This document shows, piece by piece, positions 14,323 through 28,000 of a DNA stretch of 64,000 nucleotides (the first letter of the stretch is position 1; every line of letters begins with the position of its first letter). The position numbers were made by a program, and so were the translations under genes. The notes below the pieces were generated by a model. The model had not been told where the DNA came from. It worked only from the letters and a program-made list of their open reading frames with translations, and did not search any database. The DNA is from Bugula neritina (lineage: Eukaryota > Animalia > Bryozoa), in assembly GCA_964035545.1 (NCBI GenBank), contig OZ037765.1, positions 30,317,504 through 30,381,503 on the forward strand, in the 5' to 3' direction.

Positions 14323-14829
14323 GATGATGCTGGTGACACGTGCCGTCTAGACTCTAGTCAGTTACTGTTAGTGTGACTGTCAAGATAAAAATGAAGAAAC
14401 ACCATTTTTTAGTATTTATACTGATAGTTACACTAATACTATGTATATTAGTATTTACTATAAGTATAACTATCGTCTATAAACTATAAAGTATAACATT
14501 AAGTTTAACTATAGAGTATAGAGTTACACTTACACTTACTGTTAGTGTTAGACAATAACTATAACTATAACTATAAGACATACATTTACAACTAGTACTA
14601 CTAGTTAAGCTACGAAAGTGGGATAGAAACTTGAAGCTGATTTAGAATAATTATTATTTAGATCATCATAGTGCTAATACTTTGCTACAACTTTGAGTAC
14701 TAGTATAACTTTAGGCAAACAATTTAATTCATTTATTGAATTAACTACAAGTACTGAAGTACCAGTAGTAAAGTTACAGTTTGGTAGCTTCCCTATAACT
14801 ATGAGCTATAGCTACAAATTTTTCTATAA

Positions 14830-15120
14830 GCAGCTCTAAGTTGGGGCTAACTGAGTGTAACAGTTTGGGTTCTCGAGTTTGCATTCAAGTTGGCACTTCG
14901 AACTCTCAGCTACAAAATTGAGGCCTTTAACTACCGCACTTGATAACTCCCAACTCAAGGCTGCTTATAGATTACTTTAATCTTAGGGAAAAAAGGAAGA
15001 CTTAGATTTCAGAAGTTGATACACAATCGCGATAGAGACGAATCTGTAATATATCGCAACGATTAAGAAAAATACTGGTCGAATAAAACAACTATATTCG
15101 ACGAGTCTTGTTAAAACTAT
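14830..15120. promoter_or_regulatory. Putative bidirectional promoter of PI4KA / MRPL42
   Basis: Inference from head-to-head orientation (ATGs 1.9 kb apart, both preceded by splice acceptors) and local CpG enrichment (atcgcgat, tatcgcaacg, ttcgacg). TSS not identifiable. Confidence 0.4.
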
Positions 15121-16204
15121 TATAATAAATATAATGCTCTGTTAACATTAACATAACACATTATCATTATGATTACAATCACAATCTGAATCACTAAATT
15201 TTATTTCAGTTAATACTCTTTTGCATTAACTTCAAGTGATTAACGGGCTATCATTATAGTATTAAAACTAATTACCATTATCATTGCAAATGTCAGTACT
15301 TTGACATGCTATTTGTGTGTTTTTTATGTTTCCTCATTCTGATTCTTGCTTTTGTTTTTACTTTTACTTTTAGTCATGTTTATATAAATATATTGATATT
15401 AAATCTATTTAATATTCATATTCATATTGCATTTGATTATTTGATGTTGATATTAACAATATCATATTGTAATTGATGAAAAATTGTATTAGCACCAATT
15501 AACACTTATTTAATTTTATTGATTTCATATCAACTTTGAGGGATTGACTTTGAGAATGATGGTAATATAATTATTATTAACTATTAGTATTAGTATTAAG
15601 AATCACTATCAGAATGACTATGAGTGTGCTTGTCACTCACTCACTCAGTGTCAGACTCGAAATTGTCACCAGTGTCACTGTTAGTTCACATTCTCATTCT
15701 GATAGTCATAGTGATTCAGTTTTAATTTTACATTACCTCTCACTTCTGCTCTTATGACCTAGATCTGTAACACTAACATTCTTTGATTCTATCTAGATAT
15801 TAGGACATTGTAATTGTTTTTAAGATATAGCTTATGAGTTATTTTCAAATAATTTAAATTATAAAGGATAGTGCATAAGTTTATTGCTATGGTGTCTGTT
15901 AAGGAGCTCAAACACTAAAACAGGGATATATGAACTATATTCACTTTGCTTTCAATATTTTTCCAGTTTTTCCATACCTTTAATTTATTCTACAGCACAT
16001 ATTTATAAAAGGGTTGATTAGATTAGTCTTTTACAGCAACTGGTTATATTTTTCAATATAATTTCTAATCTATCCCATAGCGCCTGTTCAGTGTTGGCAC
16101 CTTCAACTTTGTACATTTCAAAAACATATCAGTTGCGCAAATTGAAGTCAGTTATCAACTGCACTATTTAAATTTGTTGTAGACCTAGTTTCATATATTA
16201 AGAT

Positions 16205-18058
16205 ATGCTCAAAGTTCGGAGTTTAGTTGCCATTCTCAATACTAGACCTATTTGTCCACCGACAGGTTAGTTAAACCTTTATTAAACAGTTGTAAGCTAT
16301 ATTTTAAACAGATTTTACAAAGGAGCTAAAATTTTATTTGTTTTAGTACTTATGCAATAAATAAATGAGTACATGTGCAATAAAAATAAATTACTTTGAA
16401 AATGGATATAAAATTATATAGTTATAATGAAAGGTGAATGTCATGATGACTAGTATCCCGCTTTAAAATGAAATAGAGAGTTGTGTTTTTCTCTTTTTGA
16501 ATTAATAACTTAGTGCTCTAGTTTGTTAAATTTCAGACTATATACTTTTACCTTTGCTTAGTTTATGTTGTTATTTGTGAACTATTTTTGTTGGTTTTGC
16601 AGTGAAGAGCAACCATGTATCTACCTCAGCTGTTCATTCTAAGTCATCACAGTAAGTGAACAATTATAAAACTCGCCCCTGGAACTACCAACAATTAGTA
16701 AAGTGACACTATCGAAGTTAGATTTGAGTCAAGTATGAACAGTTGGTTAAAACATCATGATCATGCATGCATTCTATACACGTGTGCTTCATAGACGTGG
16801 CCATTGAATCTTATTTTGCAATATCTGTTCAAACATACTCCTAATGTCACTTTTTTTGACTCATTGAGCAATGACAACGTTTGAGAAAATTTCTTTCTGT
16901 TAAGTATATTTCTGTATAAGTATTCCTGTTAAGTTACAATAGTATGTTATATAGTCATATTATTCGCTGAAATTTTTTGTTGTTATAGTAATTAAAATGT
17001 ATTTTAGTGAGCAGCATGTGGTGACAACTACAAAACGAGGTGATGTAGTCTTGTTTTGGCATCCAGAAAAGAAAATGCCTTTTGAACTCAGCAAACCTAT
17101 GCCTAGGAATCAGCAAGCACTGGCCATGGTAATCTTCACAGCAAAAACTCTCATCATATTTCGTGCCTCTGTAGTTTATCATTTTGAAGCAGCCATGAAT
17201 TTTTGTTATTTTTAAGCTTTGTATTGTGTATTGATATATATTCTATATACATTATATAAATATGAGGTCAAACATGACCTTGAGATTGAAAAGAGCTCAA
17301 GTCAGGATAATGATATTGTACCAATTCAGGCATTGTGAAGTAAAAAGAAATTTCACATTTTATTCTGCTGTAAATGTACATGTATTTTATATGTAATAAC
17401 AAACACACATACGTGCACGCACACACAATGTGTTATACAATAGAGTTGTTCAACTATCATATATTATACATGCACAAATGTATGCACGTACGCGCGCACA
17501 CACACGCGCAATGTGTTGTAATGTAGTGTTGTTCAACTATTCAGTTTACTGTATTTTTGTATGGTTTCTGTTAATTTTCAGTTTAGTTAGCTTTTGTTGA
17601 ATAGGTTAAATGGTTTGGGATAAACTGTTGTAATGCTGTATTTTTTATATAGGGAGACAGTCCTTTAAAAGTGAAGCGAGTTAAAGGTGATAATTCTCAA
17701 GTTGGCCCTACCAATGAACAGCTGAGTGAAATGTTCTTTGTCACTAAGCATGAGTGGAGATTAAGGTACATAGAGTGGTGACATAACCTAGAATCTGTTA
17801 GTTGTTTAAGACATGTAGGGATAACAAATCAGATCTGGCAAATTTTTTACAATTATTGCTCTTTTCTTTGATAAATCTAAAAAGACAATCATAAGCTTTT
17901 TATATTCCGAAGTTGTAGAGCTACGATGCTTTGCTTCCTACTGATGGTAAAAAAAATTGCAGTTCACATATTAGATGGTCATATTTTTGTGTATCTTTTA
18001 CAGACCACAGTTGAAAAGAGCCAAAACCAACACCCCTAAAGAGAGAAATGCGTTGTGA
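16205..18058 (+). CDS. MRPL42: Mitochondrial ribosomal protein L42 (mL42), 132 aa
   Basis: Exons 16205-16265, 16603-16651, 17008-17128, 17653-17765, 18004-18058 (399 nt, all GT-AG, ends TGA). Basic transit-peptide-like N-terminus MLKVRSLVAILNTR; motifs VVLFWHPEKKMPFELSKPMPR, GPTNEQLSEMFFVTKHEW and C-terminal PKER match remembered mL42 (VCYHP..PYEHTKPIPR; GPMIEQLSKMFFTTKHRW; PKDR). Confidence 0.92.
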
Positions 18059-18532
18059 TATGATGCTACACATTTTGTATTTCTCTTGTTGTTATAAACT
18101 ATATGTAGATTTATTGTTGGTAAGGTGTTAGTGTACAAGGTATCAACAGAGTTTATTTCATGAGGTGTGCTTATGTGTTATATTTGCAACTTATAAATAA
18201 ATATCAGTTGAGAGTAGAAAAATTTTTTTAGGAGCTGTTACATTGCTAAATAATGTGTGCATAGATGAAATAGAATTCTTGTTTACGGTTATCTTGACTT
18301 CACCCTTTGATGTGAAACAAACTTTTAAAGGGTTTGATATTATATAGTTTCAAATAATAATTTATAACGTTAGTAATGTTATCAAAAATATACTGCATAA
18401 ATACGAGTATTAAAGCAGAATTGCGATAGAAAATACCTAAATTGTGTAATGCTCCAAAGCAAAATTTTGCATTGTAGTCTTACATCATTTTTATCACAGC
18501 TAAGTATTACTCTGTAAAAAATGGGGGAAAAA

Positions 18533-21500
18533 TCAATTGTCATCAGGGTCTCCTAGCTGTGCGTAATATGCTCTCGGCCATCTTGGAGCAAACGGTACTG
18601 TTGAACCAACATGTCCTGTAAACAACAAAAATGGTACAACACACGGTATACATGATGCTGTTCTTGCATAATGAACGGTAGCAGCAGCCAGTAATATTTT
18701 TAAAACTTGCGTACCTTCTGTGCGTTGAGTGCGAACCGTGCCGCTACTACTTGAAGTAGAGTCTGACTGATCGTCTCTTACACTGCCAACAGGAAACTGG
18801 TAGTTAAACGCTTCTGTAGGCATTCTACCCGACGGGTTGAATATAGCAGGTCCACGAGCACCCCCACCGAAGGGTCTCGAGTATCGGTGCACTTTCCTAC
18901 AACATACAAGATCAACTTACTTTATTGTTAAAATTAACAATTTCTCTAAGGCTGACAGAATTGAAATTTTTTATCAAAATAGTGAATTCAAATCAGAAGA
19001 TGGTCAGCTTCTACATGTATATACAATAGGCCCACTGAACAGCTGTAACTTTGAGCATGTTATTAGGTACTCCATATTTAAAAGTTGGTGTAGAAATGAA
19101 TAACTGAATCTTACGGTTTGCCTCTTTTCCTTCTCTGGTGGACGAGAACAAGAGAACATGCTAGAAGCCCTCCAACTAAGAGAGCTCCGGCAACTGCTAC
19201 TGATATCCACAATGCCAATAAATTTGTCTCTGGAATTGAACAACTTTATAAATTAGCTGCCCATGCAAACATTGTTTCAATAATTGCGTTTTGAAAATGT
19301 TTACATTTAGCTAAATGATGTATTCTTTTTTTAGTCAGTAGTTCATGAATGTTATTACATTTTATAAAGGATCAGCACAAACCTGGTTTTTCAGTAACAC
19401 CCGTTGCTTCGTCGCAGTTATATCCAGTGAACTCAATATCACACATGCACATAGGATATCCACTTCCATCCTCGTCTTCAGTACATGTACCTTTACCTTG
19501 ACAGTCTACGATGACATTTCCTGTTTTGCTACTTACGGTGTCACAAGTGATGCCTGAAATAAAACAAGGCTCAGCAAATAATTCATGAAGTAATAATTTT
19601 TTTGGAGTTATTGAAGCGCAGCTTTATAAAAAAAAAATTATGAACACTTCCACTTATATAATACTTACCCTTGTTTTTTTGCAAAAATATGTTTCAAGAA
19701 TGGAGAAGTTTAAAAAAGTTATAGTGACAGAAAAGTTTTTACAGTATAATTGCACTTTACCTCCTAATTCATCAAGGATTCCGTCCACTAAAATAAATCG
19801 CTGATCTTCTATATTGGTGCCGTTGAATAGTAGCAAGTAATTGCTCATAACTAGATAATCCAAAGCTCTGTGGATTGCATCTGCCTCATCAACAGCATCA
19901 CCATATGCAGCCTGGTAAGTCACCAAAGCGTCTACCCCGCTGAAAAATGCAAATTTCTACGTTAAAGAGTTCATTGAAAACCATGAATTATGTTTACATT
20001 ATTTTGACAAAGTATAACCAACTTTTCGACTCTGTCTTATCATACCTCTCTATTGCTCTTTTCTTTCGTCCATTTTGATTGTTAGCAACATATCGGGAGA
20101 CATCTTGTATGTTCACTCCGAGGAATGAGAGAGTAGCGTTGAACAAAGGCACCAACGCCTCCGACATAAGACTATTAAACTCCCGGCGAGCTGGTGATGT
20201 TTCTATTAGCCAATCATCATTGAAGTCCAGTATAAATCTCTGTTGTATTTCAATAAACGAGGCTAAAAAGTAATGATAGTTAATAAAAACGATACAAAAA
20301 CACATGCAGCTATTAATATCACCTGTTGAATTTGTATGTATGCAATATTATTAAATTGTTGATGTCAACTTAATACAGTATCTTATTGTAATATTTTTTG
20401 TGCCTGGCTATAACTTTATTGAAAAATATTTAATTTGCCTTTTTGCATGAAATGATACATCTAAGATTTAGATGGTAAATATTCTACATTCACTATTTCA
20501 GATACAAATGTACTAATAATGATTATAAAATGTAATCAGTCAATAAAAACATTCCTATCTCAATTTAGTAGCTTAAAATATGCTTTCTTTGGTTATGTTA
20601 AAACAATATATTATGCAATACAGGTATTGAATGCTCTAATTTTAACAAAAAAATGTGTTGAAAACTATAATCTTTATAGATGTTGTAAATACAACATAAA
20701 TTAGCATAGTTATAATTTCACTGCTAGTAATTTAATTGGTGGAAAGTTTGTTCTGCTGAATTAGTGAGTTACAAACATTATCTTATCGACAAGTTTTTAT
20801 AAAGCGATAAAATGGTGCTTGATTAAATTAAATTAATCGAAACTAAGCAATTTCGAAAAGTAAAATACAACATTTCACATTATGTCACATCCATACCTGT
20901 TTCTATTTGTATGTCACAATTCTCGCCCTCCCAGCCGAAATTACAGGAGCAGTTGTACGATCCTGGTAGGTTTTGGCAGACTCGAGTGCCATTACCACAA
21001 ATCAGACCATCCAAGCATTCGTTGATGTCACTACAAGAAGTGGCTCCCACATTTTCTTCATAGCCATCTTTACACGTGCACGAGTATGAACCTAACACAA
21101 GACAGATATCAATTGTAAGCTAGGGAAAGTAATCAAATACTGTACAAGCTATCAACACATTAGCACCACCTTATAATAACAAATTAAATGAAGCATGTGA
21201 CTAGTAGATGGGCATTTCAGAGGTTGTGTAATTTAGTGATTTCTAGAGAATGTATAAAGGTTACAGCTTGATTTATGTATTTTAGTTACAACATGATATG
21301 TGATGCGCATATAAACCACACACATTTTATAGGCAGAAATTATAAAATAAAGAAATTTGTATGAAAATTATTCTAAAAAAGTTTTTCTATAAGTGTTGTG
21401 AATGAATTGGTAAAACTTAGTAAAAAAAGTATTGCCAGTGAACATGTGTTGCAAAGAGTTTTAAAAATTCTTTTAAACATAAATTTATAATTATGCTGCA

Positions 21501-24500
21501 AACAAATGTCTTTACTCTGAAACTTTTTACTTAAATAAATGATTTTTGACAAATTAGCAAATGTTTAAAATATTGATGATACCTTCAGTATCAGTGCAGT
21601 TTTGAGTAGTAGCGTCACAGAATCCCATTTCACATTCGTCAATGTCTTCACATGCCGTACCATCATTAGATACCATAAACCCTGAGTTACAGGAGAGCTT
21701 GCACTCAAAGCTACCAAATGTGTCCTCACAATCCTACATAATTGTAATAAGTAAGAAAATGTATAAAATAGAATACAAGTAAGTCAGCTAGATAAAAATA
21801 AATAAGAAAAAACTATTATAAACTACACACACACACACCTGTGTGTTTGAGAGTGTGCATGTGCATGTGTGTATAAACAGTATTTAAATCCTAATGTAAC
21901 CAATGACGTCAGCTGTAACAATTCAATTGATAAGCAAAACATCTTCTTAAATACTATGAATTATGGGTGAAAAAAGTATTAGGCATAACGTACCGATCTA
22001 CCATTAAGTACATCAGTACAGTTGTGTGTTCCAGCTGTACACTCATTTGTGTTGAAACAAGTCTCATTCGGCAAATTTCTTTCAAACCCAGGCAAACAAT
22101 TGCATTTATAAGATCCTAAATAGAAACATCAGCACATGCATAACATTTCAGAATAGCTAGAGATGTCTAATAGTGCGGTGAGAGGTGACCAATAGTACCC
22201 TCGCTATGCATAGTCACATTACGCAATAAATGTCCAATAGTAAACTCGCTATGTATGCATAGTCACATGACCCCCTATCTCAGGATGACTCACCATCTGT
22301 GTCCTCACAATTCTCCGTCTCATTGGAACACGGGACTATCTCGGCCTGACACTCATTATTTTGCTCGCAGGTAAAAAACTCTGTGCCGCTGATAGGAGTC
22401 TTTAGATAGCCTTCATTACACTCAGTATCACAGCTGTAGGACCCGTTCAAGTTATTACATACCTAAAATAGAGAGTGAGTGCATTTGGTAGAAAGAGAAA
22501 TAATCTTTTTAAAACTTCCTTATACAAAAATAAGCTCATATAATTCTAATAAATCAAGTCTACTAAAATTATTATCTTTTTTGCCAAAAACTCTTTTCAC
22601 CTCTCATAACTAAAATATATTGAAAAAAAAAAAAACATTAGTGCATAAAATATTAATAAAAAGTATTTTCTAATAAATGAATATTCCAGAAAACATGCTT
22701 CACATTAATTCTAATAAAATTTTGCATTTGCAACAAAATGACAGCCAACTTACAGAGAAGCCATGTTCTGTTTCGTACAGTGTACAGTCGGAAATGTTGC
22801 TAGTACATTCATTGATGTCTAGACAGGAAATAAAATCAGCGCCGAGTTCATAGCCATCGATGCAGAGGCAGTTGTACGAACCAGGTGTGTTCAAACATTT
22901 GCTGTTAGCAAATGGACAGGCATCTACAATGACATAGTGTATTCTATGTAGTACATAGAATCCAAGCATATAGTATGTAGATATATTATACAGTATATAG
23001 GGTATAGCATATAGTGATATAATTATGTGTATTTTGAATAATATATAGTGTCTAATGTATTGTGGTATATGTATGTAGTATTTCTTATATAATATTATAT
23101 AGTTTGTATTATACAGCATATATACTATAAATATATAGTTCATAATACATAGGACATAGTAATTGCTACTACTTTAACCACTTCACATATAATACATTAT
23201 CATATTATTATATATTATTATATATTATTATAATATGTTATTTATATAATGCAAGGAAACTTCAGGTCATTGTAAATTTCTTCTTTTGAGATTATTCTAA
23301 ACTAACAGCATAAAATGTTTTTATACAATTGCATAATATATCTAATCAAGTATAACTGTATTACAAACAGTTCCAAAATATGATATAACATAATTGCATA
23401 ATTGCATAATATGAATGTACAGTATCTAATCTGAGGGTATAGTATATTATATAACATAATTTTATAACATACTGTGTGATTGGATAATATATTATATAAT
23501 TGTATAACAATATAATAAAGCAAGATTAAATGCGCAATGAGATGCAGTAAGTTCAAATGTTGCAAATCCTACAATATAAAACTCACTCTATTATTTAAAC
23601 GAAATAAAGACTACTATACCACAAAACAGTTACAGAAAGTGCATACATATTTATAATAAAAGCTAAAGAAGGCCCAGAATATCGTAAGCTATGATATGTA
23701 CAAAAACTGCAACCATCAACTAATGGCCAACATACAATTTTCATAAACAAAGCAAGATGGCCGAGTATGACTCACTGGTGGCTCGCTGACACTCATTATC
23801 ATCTACACATTCGGTTCCATTCACTTTTCCGTCACCTGAAAATCCAGCATTGCAATCGCACCTGAAGCTGCCGAATTCATTTGTGCAAGTCGCTAGAGAT
23901 ACACACGGAGATTCGCCACTCACTGGTTGACATTCGTCTATATCTGCAAAAATACGCGCAAAATGTTCTCCAATTCGTCAAAAACAGAAGAGCACCCTGC
24001 ACTAATAGTCATTATATAAGTAGCATAAATAAAAGTAATATTATTCAATGATATTTAATATCAACATAAATTAGATTCGATTTAGTTTTGTTGTCTATAA
24101 AGAAACCCGCAAAATTCAATTTAACAATTTTTTGTCAAGATGTGTTTTTATTAATTATTTGACAAATGTGCAAATAGGAATCGACCAGACGTACCGGCGC
24201 AATTAATCCCAGAGCCGGTAAGTCCAGACTGACAGGTGCAGGTGTATCCAGGTGAATTATCGTCACACCTGGCTAGGTTAGAGCAGGGATTTGTGGTCGC
24301 ACACTCATTTATGTTCTCACAGTGTGTAGAGTTTATATTCTGATAACCCTCGGGACACGAGCACATGTATGAGCCAATCGTATTGGTGCACTGTGAGTTG
24401 TAATAACACAACAATTATGAGCATTTCAAAGCAATTCATCAAGTTTAAAACAAGGTGCAAAAATATGCACTAATAAACAAAGTTGCTTTATAATCTCTGA

Positions 24501-25057
24501 TGGTTGAAATAATAATGACCAGTAGCATCATTGCCATCACTTTCATAAATTATGGTGAATAATTTAACTACAGTTAAACCAAATTATAATAAAAATACTA
24601 AACTTACAAAATTAGGCCTAAGTAATAATAACAAATTTACTAAACATTATATTACAACGCATTATTCTAAAAGGAATGCGGTCAGGTAAAGCAGTTCTAC
24701 AAAATAATAGAAGTGGTTTACGTTAGCTAAAGGTCCACATCGGTCTGTCCCCTCGACACACTCATTGATGTCTACAGCACACTGGTCGTCTTTCCAGCCG
24801 GGATTACAGTTGGTACAGCCGAGTTCATGATCACACTCCCGAGCTCGATCTCCACATACACACGTCTCGTTACAATGGAGACCGTACGATCCAAATATGC
24901 ATTCTGTAAGATGGGAGTACAGGAGAGTTTGTACTGTGAGTAAATAAGTAGAACGAAAATGGGATCATGCATTAGCAGTGTGTGTGTGTGTGCGTGTGTG
25001 CGTGTGTGCGCGTGTGCGAGTGTGTGTGTGTGAGTGTGTGTGTGTGCGTGTGTGAGT

Positions 25058-25090
<33 letters not shown>

Positions 25091-28000
25091 GTGTGCACGT
25101 GTGAGAGATGACAATACTTACCCTGACAAGGGTCATTGTTATTAATGAGGGGCTGATATCCATATTCCGGGCACTTACACTCATACCCAATGTCAAGGTC
25201 AACACAAGTAGCGCCGCTACTGACATCACAGACGTTAGATCCTTCGCATTCATTAATAGCTGCAAACGACCAGTAATCATGCTAAACTCATCAGCATGCT
25301 TGAGTTTTTATAAAGTGATAGTATAGATACAATAGAAATAGAATGTAGCAATAGACTCTTATATAAATAATATTGTCATAATAATTGTTTGCATTTTCAG
25401 TGAAGTGAAAGCAACTTACAATTACAGGATGTTCCATCAGTGGCGTTTAGGATTTGTCCTCTCGGACAGATACACAGACTGCTGGTGGTGTTACATGCAA
25501 AAGAGCAGTTGAGTGAGGCGCATAATGTCGCTAAAACAAAACAATAACAGCCACTTAAACTGTAACCAATTCTTTTTTGCCAGAGTTGATAAAATTTGAA
25601 AAAAATGGATGAAGAAGCAGCAATTACTGTCGGCTGTAGTCAGTTATTTGTTACATTGAAGAACTAAGAATAGATAATGCAAGAATAAATATGCAATAAA
25701 CCATATCAATTGCTTTTATTCATTTAATTCATGTTTCAACGTTGCACTAATAAAACAAGATAAATCAAGTAGTCAATTGAATCGCGAAGCGCAATCTGTC
25801 GAATTTCAAGTATTACATTATGATCTAATTTCCAACATTATAAGAAAAGCGAAATATACAAATTATCTCGAGTAATTTCATTAGAATCAGTCATCTAATT
25901 TGTTGTCACAACATGCATTGAAATTATACAAACTCCCCCAACCACCAAAATAGGACTCAAAAAGGCCTGAACAACTGCAGACGATAATAATGCAAACTAG
26001 CTCTATATGTGTTAGTAGAGAGAGAGGAAAATTCTATGTTAGAATATCAAACAACAGAACTTTTATTACCATTTCTAAAATATAAAAATTAAGCTGTTTT
26101 CTTATTCAGAGATAGAAGTGCAGACTTTATAAGTAATAACTGTAAAAGTTTTTTTAGAATTTTACAAAATAAAACAAACCATAATAATTGCATAAAGCAT
26201 AATCTTATAGGCATTATGATGAATATAAATAAACTTCTTTGGCATTCAGTTTTATAGCATCGTGTAGGCTAGTCTCTGAAGAAGAAGACAACTCCAAGTA
26301 GTTGATGAAAGTCATTCGTTTAACTATATATCCTAAACAGGTTGAAAATTCATTTCTTTTTCATTTTGAGGGATAAGAAAAAAGGCAATTTGACTGTTCT
26401 GGGTTTGGGTAAACGCCCCACACCCAGACAAACCTGGAGACATTGTGGTACTGGTTGTACTGGTTGTGGTGGTAACACTGATAACTACACAATAAACATA
26501 AAGTAGTTATATAGTTGTTAAAAAGGAAGAGGAGTGGAATATTCTAGGTTTATTACACTGTATTTAAACATGACTTAACATCTTTTGTCTAACCAAACAA
26601 TTGGTCAAATCTTGCATATTATATTTTCAGTAAACTTTACTGTGTCTAGCTGTAAATAATATTAATACAAACCACCAGAGAACAAACTTCAATTCGGCTA
26701 AAGTAATTTTCAAGTAAAATTTACCTTTTCTTATTTAACTTATCAAACTAGAATAAATGTATCATTTCTTTGCAATAAGCTTTACTCCAAGATTTTGATT
26801 TGTGAGCTTTTTCTCATAAACAGCAATTGATTTAAACACTTGCTAGCAGTAGCTACAAGTTATACATAAATATAATGTGACTGAATTAATGAGAAGATTT
26901 CCGAAGTAATTGAAAACATGATTGAACCTGTTTGTAGCAGTCAATTGATAATCATAGGTGTGAGGGAGTGGTTTATATTACCAACTTAGGAGTTTTTTCA
27001 AGCTTCTATTTATAGCTTAGAAAAGTTATTTAAATTAAACATCTACCAGCTATGAGTATGGGTTGGCTATTAGATAGTCTAGAATTTGGTAGAATGTTGG
27101 TTAGAAAAACTGGAGTCATGATTAATAATATTTAAGGTAAATGCAGAAGAATAAATCCTCCCTTCAAATCAATGCGAATTAAACATAAACTAAATTTTTG
27201 TCTTCAATCAAGTCTTGCTGTATGGTTAAATGTAAAGTATAACAACTTATCAAAGTATGGCTGGAGTGTCATCTAAGAGGAACATACATACCAGTATTGT
27301 TATCAGCAGTGCAAGAGATCCCGTCAGTGTTGCGCAGGTAACCGTTATTACAGGAGCATAAGAAACTTCCCTCCGTGTCTATACACACTTGTTCACACGG
27401 CGCTATTCCTTCTTCACACTCGTCAATATTCACACAGACTTCTGTAGAACTTCCATTATACCTGAACCCCAGCCTGCACTGACATTCAAAGGAACCGGGT
27501 GAGTTGGAGCAGACGGCGTTCACGCAAGGATTGTTCGAACTGAGACACTCATCAATATCTGACAAACACAGATAATACTATCTCAGGTATAACTCAGTAA
27601 GAGCAGAAACCTGTGTTAAACAAAAGACATGCGAAACCATGACCTAACAGCATTTAATTAAGTCATTTTAAAAATTTTCATCAGATTCTACCAAAATAAT
27701 ATGTCACACAAACTCTAGCAATTTTATTAGTTACTTGAGAGAGATGTTGTTTAATTGTAATGAACTTAAACTTCAGGAGGGGGGGAGGGGTTATAATTAT
27801 CTGCTAAATGATTACATAACATCCCTCAACATAAAAATTTTATTCTCTTCATCAGTTGCTTACTCAAAGTTATTTAAGATCAATTTTCCCAACTTTGTAT
27901 TGTACATCAAGTACTACGCTTGCCTGTGAATTCAAGTATGCCAACTCTTACTCCATATATATTGACTATAGAGACAAACCTGAGCAAAAGCTGTCCACCA

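Noticed and set aside
24772-25280. His-Thr repeat ORFs
   Set aside because: Product of the (TG)n microsatellite; the real EGF exons here use other frames.
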